A stretch of DNA of 64,000 bases from Octopus sinensis (lineage: Eukaryota). Shown here piece by piece: positions 39,605 to 52,227 of this stretch. Positions within the stretch are counted from its first letter, which is position 1. Every line of letters begins with the position of its first letter. The translations under genes were made by a program, and so were the position numbers. Below the pieces are notes generated by a model that searched no databases, was not told the origin of the DNA, and saw only the letters and a list, made by a program, of their open reading frames with translations. The DNA lies in assembly GCF_006345805.1 (NCBI RefSeq), contig NC_043012.1:12896001-12960000 (forward strand), written 5' to 3'.

Positions 39605-40735
39605 TTCATCAGTCATATTTTTATAACTTGCTTTCACTTCACTACCGAGCGCAGCTCTGTGTGCTTTGGGTATGTGTTGCAGTTTGTTGCGATTCTCTTA
39701 TAGTTACTGCATTGAAAGTGTTTTACGTAGGATGTGTGCGGTGCCTAGTAATGCTATTTCTTGTCTATCTCCACATATTCTGCATTTACTTATGTTTCTT
39801 TTCATTATATATTTATAGTAATTTCTGGTGGGGAAGGCTTTGGTCTTGTGACGCAATTAAAATTCCTTCAGTCTCTGCTTTGAGTCCTGTGGTTTTCAGC
39901 CATTGTTGGGATTTTGCTTTGTCTATTTCTTTGGCGCTTACCTTAACCCAGTATTTGTCAGCTTCCTTAAAGACTGAAAACAGTTTCTTTGTTTTGTTCG
40001 TGTTTTCTGGCTATTTGTATTAGTTTTCCTAGCGTCTGAAGCAGGTATATTTGTAGTCCCGTGGTGGTTATTTTGTAATAGTTTTCTAGCTGTATAAAAC
40101 CTCTAATACCTTCTATATGTTGTATACATAACCTTTCTATGTCAGATTTTGGGTGGTGCATCCTAAATCCTATCATTATTTTTCTTGTTTCCCTGTCTAT
40201 TTTGCTTAGTTCATTTAGTGTCCAGTTAAGGATATTGTAGCTGTAATTTATAACTGGGCCGGCTAACCTTTTATCTTGCTATTAGCATTGAACTCTGTTT
40301 TTAGTATTGATCTAACTCGTCTATAGTATTCTTTATTTATTTTCTGTTTCATTTGTGTGTGTTGTGTCTTATCTAGTTCATTGATTCCTAAATATTTGTA
40401 TTTTGTCTAATCCACTTATTTCATTTACTTTACCTAGTGTAATATTCTGTTTAGCATGTCAGATAAAGGTGTCAGTTTCCAGTTGAAAAGTAATTGAGAG
40501 AGCGTGACTGCCTAAAATATTTCTTTTCTAATGGGGATGGCTTTGGTTTTTATGAGTCCGTCTTTTGTTTGGAGCTGTAGCACTGTCTGTCATTTAATCA
40601 TGGAATGTGTTATATTATTTTATGATTATTGGTGCTATCTTCTATTATTTGTGCTATCTGCATAGCTAGTATTTCTAGGATCCATGTGTGGGGAATACTA
40701 TCAAAAGCCTTTCGGTTTCCATTTTCTCTGCAAAA
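39605..40735 (-). mobile_element. R4/Dong-type LINE 3' part (internally deleted)
   Basis: Minus strand KSQQWLKTTGLKAETEGILIASQDQSL and IALLGTAHILRKTLSMQ*. The 3' end abuts (AAC)n/(AAT)n repeats. Confidence 0.85.
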
Positions 40736-41129
40736 TTAAAAAAATCATCTCTCTCTCTCTCTCTCTCTCTCAATGTATATAATAACACATTATCATGCAC
40801 AAAATCTCCCAAACCGTGTGATAGAAAGTAAATTTCAGAAACATATAATTTTCTTTCCTTTTTCCGTTAAATTAGATCACGAAATAAATGTTGCTCATCA
40901 TTCCTAAAAAGATAAACACTTTTCATTTCGTTGTTAGAATATAAAAGTTAAAATGTCTGAAATCTATATAACCTATTCCCCTTTCAAAATTTCATTTTTA
41001 AAGATTGTAATATATCATTGAAGATTACTGTTGACATAAAAGCCGTTTTTAGTGGAGATACGTTTCGTTTCTTATTTCCGAAGGGATGCTGTGCACTGAT
41101 ATCATCCCACGTAATAATGGCTGATAAAT

Positions 41130-41130
41130 C

Positions 41131-41210
<80 letters not shown>

Positions 41211-41234
41211 CAGTGGTAGTGGTAGTAGTAGTAG
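41130..41234 (+). repeat. (AGT)n microsatellite
   Basis: Direct reading. Confidence 0.97.
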
Positions 41235-41934
41235 TTCCTTTTTTCTTGTCATTTAGCCACAGTTCAGTTCTGCACGGCAATTTCTGTGAAATTTAATTCA
41301 GTTGTATCTAATTCGCCATTTTAGATTATTAATTATGACGCCAACCTCTAAGGTATACTTCATATACTATAAAAGATGGAATGGCTAAACATGAAAGCCA
41401 TTTCGCTAATATTTCTAGTGATTGCTATTTATTCAAACGAGCTCATGGTAAGAATATTTTGTACAGAATGAAAATCTTAATGAAAATCTGTAAATATTAT
41501 TAAAACGAAGCCTTCATTAAAATGATTTATCGTCTGCAACTTAAATTTCACTAAGTATAAAATGGCTTTTGATAATTAACACCGGTAAACTCTAAGGCTA
41601 TTGTGCAGGAGACAAACGTTGGGGAATAGAAATGTTTTCCTCACAAAATTGTGATATTCAGAAAAGACCGCCTCAGGGGAATCATAATACAATGGTTGAA
41701 AAAAGGAAGCAGTATGTCCTTGTGGAAACAAAGCCAACAAAAATCAATTAATACTAAGATCAACGGAAGAAAATCATGCTGGGCGTGATTTACACTCTGA
41801 ATGCTACAATACAACATCGTCAGATTGTCCTTCATATACAACCACAATACAAATGAAAGACATAAAAATCTAAAAAAAAAACTCTTAGCTATGTGACATA
41901 GAAAAGGAGGTGAAAAGTTGTAAGGGAAGCTTAC

Positions 41935-42087
41935 AAAATAGAACGAGAAAGGAAACAAAGATCTCCCCGCCCCTTAAGAACTCTAACAAAAAGAAGAGAA
42001 CAGAACACAGTAACACACAAACACCCACACCGCAATTAACAGACACAATTACACTAAACAATCCAGAATCCGCAACCAAACATACAT
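41935..42087 (+). mobile_element. Fragment of the same LINE family as 37765-38750, opposite orientation
   Basis: tacaaaatagaacgagaaaggaaacaaag...ccagaatccgcaaccaaacatac is the reverse complement of about 37833-37977 with substitutions. Confidence 0.85.
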
Positions 42088-43029
42088 GAAAAAAGATCAT
42101 CGATGGAAAACGTACCAGGAAAATCACGAAGCTTCTGTGAGATTGATGCTTATTTTTGTGCATGGATTAATCGAATGAGGAAACCTATTTTCCAGGGATT
42201 TGAAAGTAAAACAAAGCAATAAGCCACAAGACATTCCTCGTCCTTAGACGAATACGTTTTATTCCAGCATTTAGAAAATATTCGTTATGTCGAATGACTT
42301 AATCGTGAAATGATGTTTTCAAATCCTAATATCATGCACGCTATATCCAGACAGATTCCCTCAGAATCTTGGGTAAGCCAATGCAAAAGTAGAAGATCCT
42401 ATGTCCGCTTGGCGGCAAAGTAGAATACATGTTCAACATAGCGGACATTGCTAGAAAACTTCTTAAACACATAGAGATATAGCATATAGTATTGATTGAG
42501 CAGTCCCGTACATTAAATGCAGTGATGTGTATTTTCGGAATAAGTGAGCTGTACTGATGTTATCAACCGAGTAATTTAATTAAAAGTAATCAAATTTCAC
42601 GGTGGATGAAAATCGATTTTTGTTATATCGATGAAATAACGAACACAGGGATATCCTGAAACATGCACATTTTCTTTTCCGTTGAGTTATTACAGCGTCC
42701 ATATTTAAAAGCCATATATTTATTATATTTATATGTTATAATGAGATTATAATTGGTGCTAAGACCTGAACATTTACGAATGAATCTTGTAATGCATAAG
42801 GTAAACTGGCATTCAGACGAACAGAAGAATATAAATTCCCAAATGAAAGTAATATCTGAGGAAATGTCTCTCTTAATAGGCCATTGAAAGTTAGGTGTAT
42901 GAACAGATCATGTTACAAACTGATTATTCTGTCATGGATAAAATTTAGCATAATAAAAGTATCTATATGGAATGTCATATTCCTAAGACATTTTCTCATG
43001 GTATACTTTCGAAATATATTCTCTGATAA

Positions 43030-43225
43030 TTAATAATGGTTCCAAATTTTGGCACAAGGCCAGCAATTTTTAAGGTGGGAGTAAGACGATTACATTGACC
43101 CCAGTGCTCAACTGATACTCACTTTATCGACAATGAAGTGATGACAGGCAAAATCGACCACAGTGGAGTTTGAACTCAGAACGTAAAGACGGAAGAAATG
43201 CATTTTACCTAGCATTATAACAATT
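43030..43225 (-). mobile_element. Old SINE family B copy
   Basis: gattacattgaccccagtgctcaactgatac...gaactcagaacgtaaagacg resembles the reverse strand of family B. Confidence 0.65.
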
Positions 43226-43369
43226 TTGCCAGTTCATCATTTTTGTCTGACTATCAATAATGTTATCGTCACTGAAACCAATTCCAATGTTGGGACATCA
43301 CTTTACGGCTCAAAGTGAGGCAGTACTATTACGAAAGTATGTTTTCATTAGAAACAATGACTGAAATAT

Positions 43370-45626
43370 GGAATACCTAAAACGAAAATAGCTAAGCCAT
43401 TGTCTTGCTCTTGGGCAGCAGAGATTAGAGCCTCCGTTTACAGTTTTAAATCACTTTTAGTCATCTATAGTCAGCTTTTTTTCTCCTTCTGTCTTATCTT
43501 CAACATCCTTATGACATTTTCCATACATTCTTCTCTATATCCACCTATTTTCAGTTTCATTCATTCTCAAGTGTTTATACAGTGCTTTATCTTTGAAATC
43601 TTCCATCCTGCACAAGCCTGACTTCCTTGCTTCCAATAATAGTGGTACTGTGGCATTTTTTTACATGCCATACTATGTCGTTTTCTTCTGTTCTAATGCT
43701 GTGTTCGCATTCAACCAGTCCACTTCTCCCTCTGTTTCCTACTACATATAGTCTGCCTGTGTCACTTTTTGGGTATAGTATCCCATATCTAGTCAGAACT
43801 TTTCTCGTCTTTCTGTCTAAGCTGTTTCGTTCGTCTACTGTTGATGCGATTACCCTTGCTCAATATCTACGTACAGAAATCGCCCAGGGCTTGATAGCTT
43901 CAATATTATTCCATCCGTGTCGTTTTGACCTTTACGATCAGTCTCAGTCTGCGCAAGTACTCCAACTTAAATATTTCTGTCATTCTTACTTGATCAATTT
44001 ATCCATTTCCAATCTTCCCAAGTACTTATAGGCCGTCTCTTCTATCAGCTTTATAACCTTCCCCAACGGTATCGCTCGCACGTCAATACATTTGATTTTG
44101 CCTCTATTCAAGGCTAACACAGAACACTCTCATTGTCTAAACTTCATTCTGATACCAGCACTGAAGATATGAACCTAATCTACGAAGAAACTGATCTGGG
44201 ATTCATCTTTGTCATAAAGTTTGGTGTCATCCATGAATAACACGTGGCTGATATTTTGTTGGCGGCTTTTGAATACATACCTAGCGTTTGCTTACCTGAG
44301 AATTAATATCAGTGGTATCATGCGCAGTACAAAGATCAGTGAAGACTGGCAGTACACTTGGATGATGCTCTCCTGATTTTTATTGTCCCAAAACTTCTTC
44401 CATATGCTCTTGGGCCTGTCCTCCATTTCGCCATACTTTTTCCAAGCAATCGCTCAACATTTGATGCAATACCAAATGCGTTCATACATTCCATATTCCA
44501 AGAATGTGGGATCATATTGTACACCTTACGATAATTGATCCATGACATGTCTAATTTAGTTTTCTTCCTCTTGCAGCCTCTAAGTACATATTTGTCTACC
44601 AGGAGTTGATCTTTGGTACTTCTGAACTTACGCTTGTAACCCTTCTGCTCATGTGGTAGGACTCCATTTTTTCCAGATGTCCGTTCATTGACTCTGCGAG
44701 TATTCCAGTCAATAATTTCCACATAATAGTCAAGTAGGATTTCGGCTTGTAATAGTCTACCGTATTGCTCTTTTCCATATATTTCAAGAACAGCACCTAC
44801 CCGTTGTCAACTACTCCGCTGTTACTTGATCGGCATTTAACAAGGTATTGCTTCGTGCCGTTATTTGTGCATGACATTCACCAAATCTTTTGGCCCAGTA
44901 GCCTCGAATTTCATCTGGTCCCGGGGCCTTCCACTTGCTCATTTTTTTTCCTCCACTTTCCTAACTGAAATTACTAGTTCTGCCTGTTTTGGACATACTA
45001 CTGCTTATTTCAGTTCTTGCAACCATTCAGTGTCCTCCTTTTGCTCTTTGCCTTTGCTCCCGATATCACTCCAAACTCTTTGACTTTCAATGTTATTCCC
45101 TATCTATTTTCCATCTTTATTCTCTCCATTTATTTCTTTGTAAAATCTCTTCTGGTTTACTCTGAATAATCTCTTCTGTAGGTTTCCCTTCATTCTTTGG
45201 TTGTGTCTTACTATCTATGCTTTCTTTGCATGGAGCTGCTGTTTCATTTCTTCCATTACCAGTTTCACGCACTTTCTTTCAACATCGTACATTTTGTTCT
45301 GTGCCCTGTATTTTTGTTCACATTTTAGCCCCCCCCCCCTTCTCTTTTCGGTCTAACACAGAAATGTCTTTCGAGAGCATATCTAACCCTGCCTTTATTC
45401 TTCTTTTCCACAATGGATCTTTTGTCACTTCAATTATATTTCTTTTTCTTGACATCATAATAAAAATTTTCTGCTACAACAATACTTGCTGCATTGCTCA
45501 AATTGTTTGTTTCTGTGATGCTTTTTGTTCTGATGTGAAATTATTCAATACCACAGAACAAAAAAATAACATCACAGAAACAATCAATTTGATCAAGGCA
45601 GCAAGTATTGTTGAAGCAGAAAAATT
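43370..45626 (-). mobile_element. R4/Dong-type LINE reverse transcriptase pseudogene, 5'-truncated with fold-back
   Basis: Minus strand [38 protein letters not shown] and HVLFMDDTKLY (RT YxDD box); many stops and frameshifts. The 5' junction adjoins (TTA)n. Confidence 0.9.
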
Positions 45627-45638
45627 CATATTATCGTT

Positions 45639-45746
<108 letters not shown>

Positions 45747-46236
45747 GAGTGAGAGAGCAGTTCATGCCATCAAAGTGACACTGGGGTAAAATATACGAAG
45801 CCCAATATACCCATCATGACTACCCGTCTGATAAAGGTACACCAGGCACATGCATCACAACCATATGTGCGCGACATGGTGATCTCATATCAAGATAAAC
45901 AGCACATGACCTTGCAGGTGGGGCCCAGTTAGAATTTTCTTCATTTTGAGTAGCCCATCCTGCTCAAACGGTCCCTGAATAAGGGTTGTTTAAGGATGTT
46001 GAAAGAACCACCCATGTTTCCAGAGGTGAGCTATTCAAACCCCAAAGAATCCCTCTCAACACATGGCTATGATGCTCCCCCACTACTTCTGCTCGTGATC
46101 AGAGATGCACATATCGTCAGCCACTAAGGGACATGCTCAACTGGTTAAGGTCAAACAACTGACAAGCAAATCTGTGGTATTGAGCATATTTGCTGTAGCC
46201 CATCTTTTTTGAGCAGAATATTTGCTGTAGCCCATC

Positions 46237-46267
<31 letters not shown>

Positions 46268-46400
46268 GATGCACATATCGTCAGCCACTAAGGGACATGC
46301 TCAACTGGTTAAGGTCAAATAACTGACAAGCAAATCTGTGGTATTGAGAATATTTGCTGTAGCCCATCTTTTTTTAGCAGAATATTTGCTGTAGCCCATC

Positions 46401-46451
<51 letters not shown>

Positions 46452-46941
46452 GAGTGAGAGAGCAGTTCATGCCATCAAAGTGACACTGGGGTAAAATATA
46501 CGAAGCCCAATATACCCATCATGACTACCCGTCTGATAAAGGTACACCAGGCACATGCATCACAACCATATGTGCGCGACATGGTGATCTCATATCAAGA
46601 TAAACAGCACATGACCTTGCAGGTGGGGCCCAGTTAGAATTTTCTTCATTTTGAGTAGCCCATCCTGCTCAAACGGTCCCTGAATAAGGGTTGTTTAAGG
46701 ATGTTGAAAGAACCACCCATGTTTCCAGAGGTGAGCTATTCAAACCCCAAAGAATCCCTCTCAACACATGGCTATGATGCTCCCCCACTACTTCTGCTCG
46801 TGATCAGAGATGCACATATCGTCAGCCACTAAGGGACATGCTCAACTGGTTAAGGTCAAACAACTGACAAGCAAATCTGTGGTATTGAGCATATTTGCTG
46901 TAGCCCATCTTTTTTGAGCAGAATATTTGCTGTAGCCCATC

Positions 46942-46975
<34 letters not shown>

Positions 46976-47108
46976 GATGCACATATCGTCAGCCACTAAG
47001 GGACATGCTCAACTGGTTAAGGTCAAATAACTGACAAGCAAATCTGTGGTATTGAGAATATTTGCTGTAGCCCATCTTTTTTTAGCAGAATATTTGCTGT
47101 AGCCCATC

Positions 47109-47114
<6 letters not shown>
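45747..47114 (-). mobile_element. Two tandem 705-bp units built from truncated copies of the 11861-12416 retroposon tail
   Basis: Each unit is a 464-bp copy + 32-bp repeat + (ATT)n + 109-bp copy + 31-bp repeat + (ATT)n. Units start at 45747 and 46452. Confidence 0.95.
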
Positions 47115-47170
<56 letters not shown>

Positions 47171-47493
47171 CGCCAAAGTTAGAGGTATGTGTTTGAAAAG
47201 CTGTAAGTTTATGACTAATTCACTAATTCAAAAGGTTCTGTACTGCATTTTGTTGTTTACATCCTTTTACAAGCCAGCTGCCCTTCTGGAAGGTGGAGTC
47301 TGACGTTTGTTAACCAAATCCCCATTTTGTGGGTTAAACAGACCTTTTTGTTTTCAAATTTTTTCGAAAATTTGCTTCGAAGAAAGTAAGCATTAAAAAT
47401 GGTAGCAGAAAGCGAGAATGAGGATAGAAGGTGGTACGGTAATTTGCAGGAAGATTTTGCCGTCCTTCCCAACATGATTAGTAGTAGACAGTG

Positions 47494-47584
47494 GGAAGAA
47501 AAGAAGAAGAAAAAGATAAAGAAGAAACAGAAGAAGAAGAAGAAGAAGAAGAAGAAGAAGAAGAAGAAGAAGAAGAAGAAGAAG

Positions 47585-47613
<29 letters not shown>
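47494..47613 (+). repeat. (GAA)n microsatellite
   Basis: Direct reading. Confidence 0.97.
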
Positions 47614-47615
<2 letters not shown>

Positions 47616-47699
47616 GAACATATAAAATATAGAAGATGAAAAGCAGAAAGAATATTTAAATATGTTCCACCTCCATATTGCATCATTATTATTCCACCG

Positions 47700-48010
47700 A
47701 TGTTGACTTTGCTCTTCATCCTTTCGGGATCGATGAATTAAGTACCAGTTGCATCCTGGGGCCGATCTAATCGATTGGCTCTCTCCCACCAAAATTCCGG
47801 GGCTTGTGCCTAGAGTGGAAAAGAAACGTTAACCCGCCGGGCAGAGTGATTAGCGATATATTGTCAATGATTTTCTTGTGAATTCAAATTCCACTGAGTT
47901 CAACTTTGCTTCAATCCTTTCAAGGTTGATGCAATAAGCGCCAGTCAATTACTGGAGGGCAAGGAAATGGACTTACATCGTCCCTCAAAATTTGAAACCT
48001 CGAGCCTATA
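47700..48010 (+). mobile_element. Two decayed SINE family B copies in tandem
   Basis: gactttgctcttcatcctttcgggatcgatgaattaagtaccag and aattcaaattccactgagttcaactttgc segments. Confidence 0.7.
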
Positions 48011-48367
48011 GTATACACAATTATTATTATCCCCCAAATAGACCTGATTCATTTTATTGCTGTTTTCTCTAGTAATTGTTGGTTATTAAGCACAATAGAG
48101 ATATTTTCTCATACCAATTACAGGAAAAATGCAATATATCTAATGTCTTCGACAGTATTTATGATGTATCTGAGACGTATGCTTCACACGATAAAGCAAT
48201 GGATAGAAGGAATATTCTGATAAGGATTTTTATGACATTTTTATCTTTGGAATAGTTGGATGTTTAAATATTGTTCTTTCACTCTCTTGTCCGAGACGTA
48301 TGAGTGTGCGTTTATGTATCTATCTATTTATGTATGTATCTATCTATCTTTCTCTTTCCATCTCTTG

Positions 48368-48450
<83 letters not shown>

Positions 48451-49239
48451 TATCAAGTTAGAGGAGTTTAATACCTCTAAGGGATAATTAAATCTAGAGT
48501 CGTTCATGGCTATTTGCTGGGTAGGTTGAGAATATTTTGTTTAGCTGTAAGTTTAGCTAGGCGTCCTGGTAGGCAGAGATAGCAGCATATCCTTCCTACA
48601 ACACCGCAAGTAGACGGTGCGATTATTTTGTCCCCCGTTGACTAGTATGTATTTTCGAAATACCGGTAGAATAGGCTCTATTGTCCTCTTGCTGCCTTCT
48701 ATGCCTTCATAATCCCAAAAGTAGAATACTCATCTATATAAGTCTAATTAACAGAGTAACACATGAAACACACGAATAGTCACACCGCATACCCACTCGC
48801 CCCAAACATTCTATAATAATACACTTTCAAATGTTTAGAGCTCCATCTAGCATTAAGAAATTCCTAAACTCTAGTAATAAGACAATTATTAGAGGTAACA
48901 CATTTTCAAACCACCCAATATTTGGTAAGAGTTAGCTCCCTTTTCACCCTGCTAGGATTACCCCTCTTCACTTACATCACCGATGTCAAAATCTACAATA
49001 CAAGACAAACATGTGAGAAAAAATATGCTTAATTAAACAAGGTAGCCTGCACCTAAATAATACTCATCCAGCATTAATTTCCCAACAAAACTAACTAATC
49101 TACCACAAGCAAACCGCCACCCAGCGAATTTACCAGTGCAAGAACAAAATTTCAATGTAAGAATTACCAATTTGTTTACATTACCGTCACATATCTATCA
49201 ATCATAATCACATCCTAACCGATGCATCTAACTATACTC

Positions 49240-49290
49240 GCATTCTGAAGAGATTTACTTACTCCAGTAGATCGAAACGATCGTAAATGC
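49240..49290 (+). ncRNA. Canonical type I hammerhead ribozyme
   Basis: Stem I GCATT/AATGC (5 bp); core CTGAAGA (49245-49251); stem II GATTTAC/GTAGATC (7 bp with one G.U, 8-nt loop); GAAA (49274-49277); palindromic stem III ACGATCGT; GUA triplet, predicted cut after 49285. All conserved core nucleotides are present. Confidence 0.88.
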
Positions 49291-49546
49291 CACCCTCATC
49301 TCTGCTTCTTACTTCATTGTTACCTATTTAATTAGGGACATGCCAGCATAAACCATGAGTTTCCTATTGTTATTATATCCATTTTCTTCTCTTATATATA
49401 TATACATATATATATATGTGCTTCCCACCACATGATTCCGGGTTCAGACGCACTGCGTGGAAATTTAAGCATCTTCTACTATCGCATCGCGCGCCGACCA
49501 AAGCCTGGTGAGTAGACATGGTAGACAGAAACTGAAAGTCACCCAT

Positions 49547-49608
<62 letters not shown>

Positions 49609-50932
49609 ATATATATATATGTGTGTGTGTGTGTGTTGTGTGTGTGTGTGTTTGTGTGTGTCTGTGTGTGTGTGTGTGTATGTGTATGTGTGTGTGTATA
49701 ATTTCAGTATGGAGTAAATAATTCAGAAGAAAATATTTGCGAAGATATTATTGATTGTATTATTATCTAGTGCGGCAATTAAAAAGGACCATAACAGCAA
49801 TAATGATATAGGCGATTGTAATTCCCCAAAAAGTATTGAATAGCAGAGGGATTCAAATTAATCAAGCGATATACTAAGGAAATATGTCTGCCTGCTGGAA
49901 AGAACAGTCACAACTCTTATCTCCGAAAATAAACTGAAAATAACAAAAAAAAAACGGGCTAACACAATTTCTCAGCATGCATCCAAGTATTTAGACTCAC
50001 GTGTACCGGTTTCTGGACTGGCATTATAGCCTCACTACCTCAGCACGCGCTACCATGATGGAGAGCCCCAACCTGTCACGTTGAAGCCTGCGCTGCAACT
50101 AATTCGTTTTGCGCCGAAACATGGCAGCCAATAGTGTGATAATGATTTGAAAAAGGAACAAATAATTCAGAAGAAAATATTTAAGAAGATATTATTGACT
50201 CTCTTATTGTCTAGTGTCACAATTAAAAATGATAATAGCAGATCAATAATATAGGTGATTGTAGGCGATTTAAATATTCTTCGTAATCTAGCGGTTCGGC
50301 AAAAGAATTCGATTGAATAAATGCAAGGTTTAGAAAGTATAAGTCCTGAGGGCAATTTGTCCGACTAAAACCCCTGAAGGTGGTACCCCAGCACGGCCAC
50401 AAATGACTGAAACAAAATTATTGAAACAAATTTTAAAACTTTTTTAAATATATATATATACGCGCACAAATGCGCAGGTGCGCACACAAGCACGGGCACA
50501 CACACCGAAGGTAAAAAGACAGTGCATGCGAGAGAAAAAGAAGAAAGAAAGAAAAGCAGGAAAATGAATGAAGACAGAAAGAATGAAAGGAAGAAAGTAA
50601 TAAGGGAAGTAAGATGGGTTACCATGATTTTTGTACTGCATATTGTTCTCACTGATACAAAACGATAAACCATTTTTGATTTCGTTGAAATCATGTTCTG
50701 CTTAACTCCATGAACAATTCCTCTCTTCTCATCAAAGTAATACTTTTAATGCCCTGAGACGATAGAAACGTCTTCGCCACCGAGATTCCTAAGTTGTTTC
50801 TTGTCACAGAAAATTTTACTTACCAGTGAAGTTGAAATACTCTCACTTCCATATCTATTATCGGCAATGGGAAGACATAGTATCGTTGCTATTGTTTAGT
50901 GCCTGGTTATCCCTTGAATAGTATATTTTGTA

Positions 50933-52227
50933 CGAGGGACGATCAATAAGTAAGGCCCGTGACCCACTTGCAGTTGTTTGATCTAGCTGAAATTTTGCAT
51001 GTTAAATCATTTTCATCTCTAGAGAGTAAGTAGCAAATTACAGCTCTGAACTAATTGTGGTTTCTTATTTACAGGTGTTTGAACTGAGTCAAGTGTGAAA
51101 TGGAGCCTGTTGAGTGTCGAGCAGAGATCCGGTTTTTGTATTTGAAAGGACGCACACCACGGGAGACTTTTGATGAAATGAAAGTAACTTATGGTAATGA
51201 TGCCCCATCATATGACCTTGTAAAACGCTGGCATCGTGAATTCAAACATGGTCGGAACTCTGTGGAGACAGCTCCCAGATCTGGTCGCCCCCCTTCTTCC
51301 ATTGATGAGGCATCTGTCCGTCAAGTTGAGGCTGCCATTTTGGAAGATCGACACATAACTATTCGCCAAATAGCCTATGAGGTCAAGATTATTACCGGGT
51401 CTGTGGAAACTATCATTCATAACCATTTTCATATCCAAAAAGGTGTCTGCCAGATGGATTCCCAGGTTGCTCACACCTTTCCAGAAGCAAAAACGCGTTG
51501 AGTGCTCGAGGATGAATTTGGAGATGTGCCAAGAAGATGAGTCAAAATTTTTCAAAAGACTGATTACACAGGATGAAACCTGGGTCCATCACTTTGATCT
51601 AGAGACCAAAGCCCAGTCAATGCAGTGGAAGCACCTTGACTCACCACCTCCAAAGAAGGCAAGGGTGCAGCCCTCCGCTGGTAAGGTCATGCTCACAGTG
51701 TTCTAGGACCAGGACGGAATAGTGATGACAGGTTTCCTGGCAAAGGGTACCACAATTACAGGAGCCTATCATGCTTCACTTTTGAGGAAATTAAGAGAAG
51801 CTATTAATATCAAGAGGCGAGGCAAGATCAACAAAGGCATCCTCCTCCTGCAGGACAACGCTCCGGTCCACAACTCGCGTGTTGTCAGATCAGAAGCACA
51901 GGCGTGCGGCTATGAACTCCTCTCCCATCACCCAACTCTCCTGACCTTGCACTCTCTGATTTTCACCTCTTCCTAGCCATGAGGTTGTTTTTGGAAGGAA
52001 AGCGTTTCCCAGATGATACAGCCTTGATTTCTGAAGTCACGTCGTGGTTGGAGGACCAAGCTGGGGTCTTCTACAAAAACGGTCTGCAGAGCTGCATCAA
52101 ACGATGGGAGAAATGCGTATCTCTGGGTGGTTCCTATGTAGAAAAAGACTAATAACTGTGCCAAGTTTCGTTGCTCTACTGCTATGGGAAGTGGGTCAGG
52201 GGGGCATTACTTATTGAACGCCCCTCG
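50933..52227 (+). mobile_element. Full-length mariner element (irritans-like TIR), 1295 bp
   Basis: TA|CGAGGGACGATCAATAAGTAAGGCCC and GGGCATTACTTATTGAACGCCCCTCG|TA: inverted repeats with 3 mismatches over 28 bp including the TA flanks. Confidence 0.96.
51100..52152 (+). pseudogene. DD34D mariner transposase with 2 frameshifts and 1 stop
   Basis: MEPVECRAEIRFL..., WIPRLL, ITQDETW, QDNA...(34 aa)...SDF, ends YVEKD*. Lesions: +1 in an A run near 51440, TAG at 51704-51706, -1 in a C run near 51930. Confidence 0.93.

Noticed and set aside
45747-47114. CRISPR-like repeat-spacer array
   Set aside because: Eukaryotic context, the spacers are not unique, there are no cas genes, and all pieces derive from one retroposon tail.
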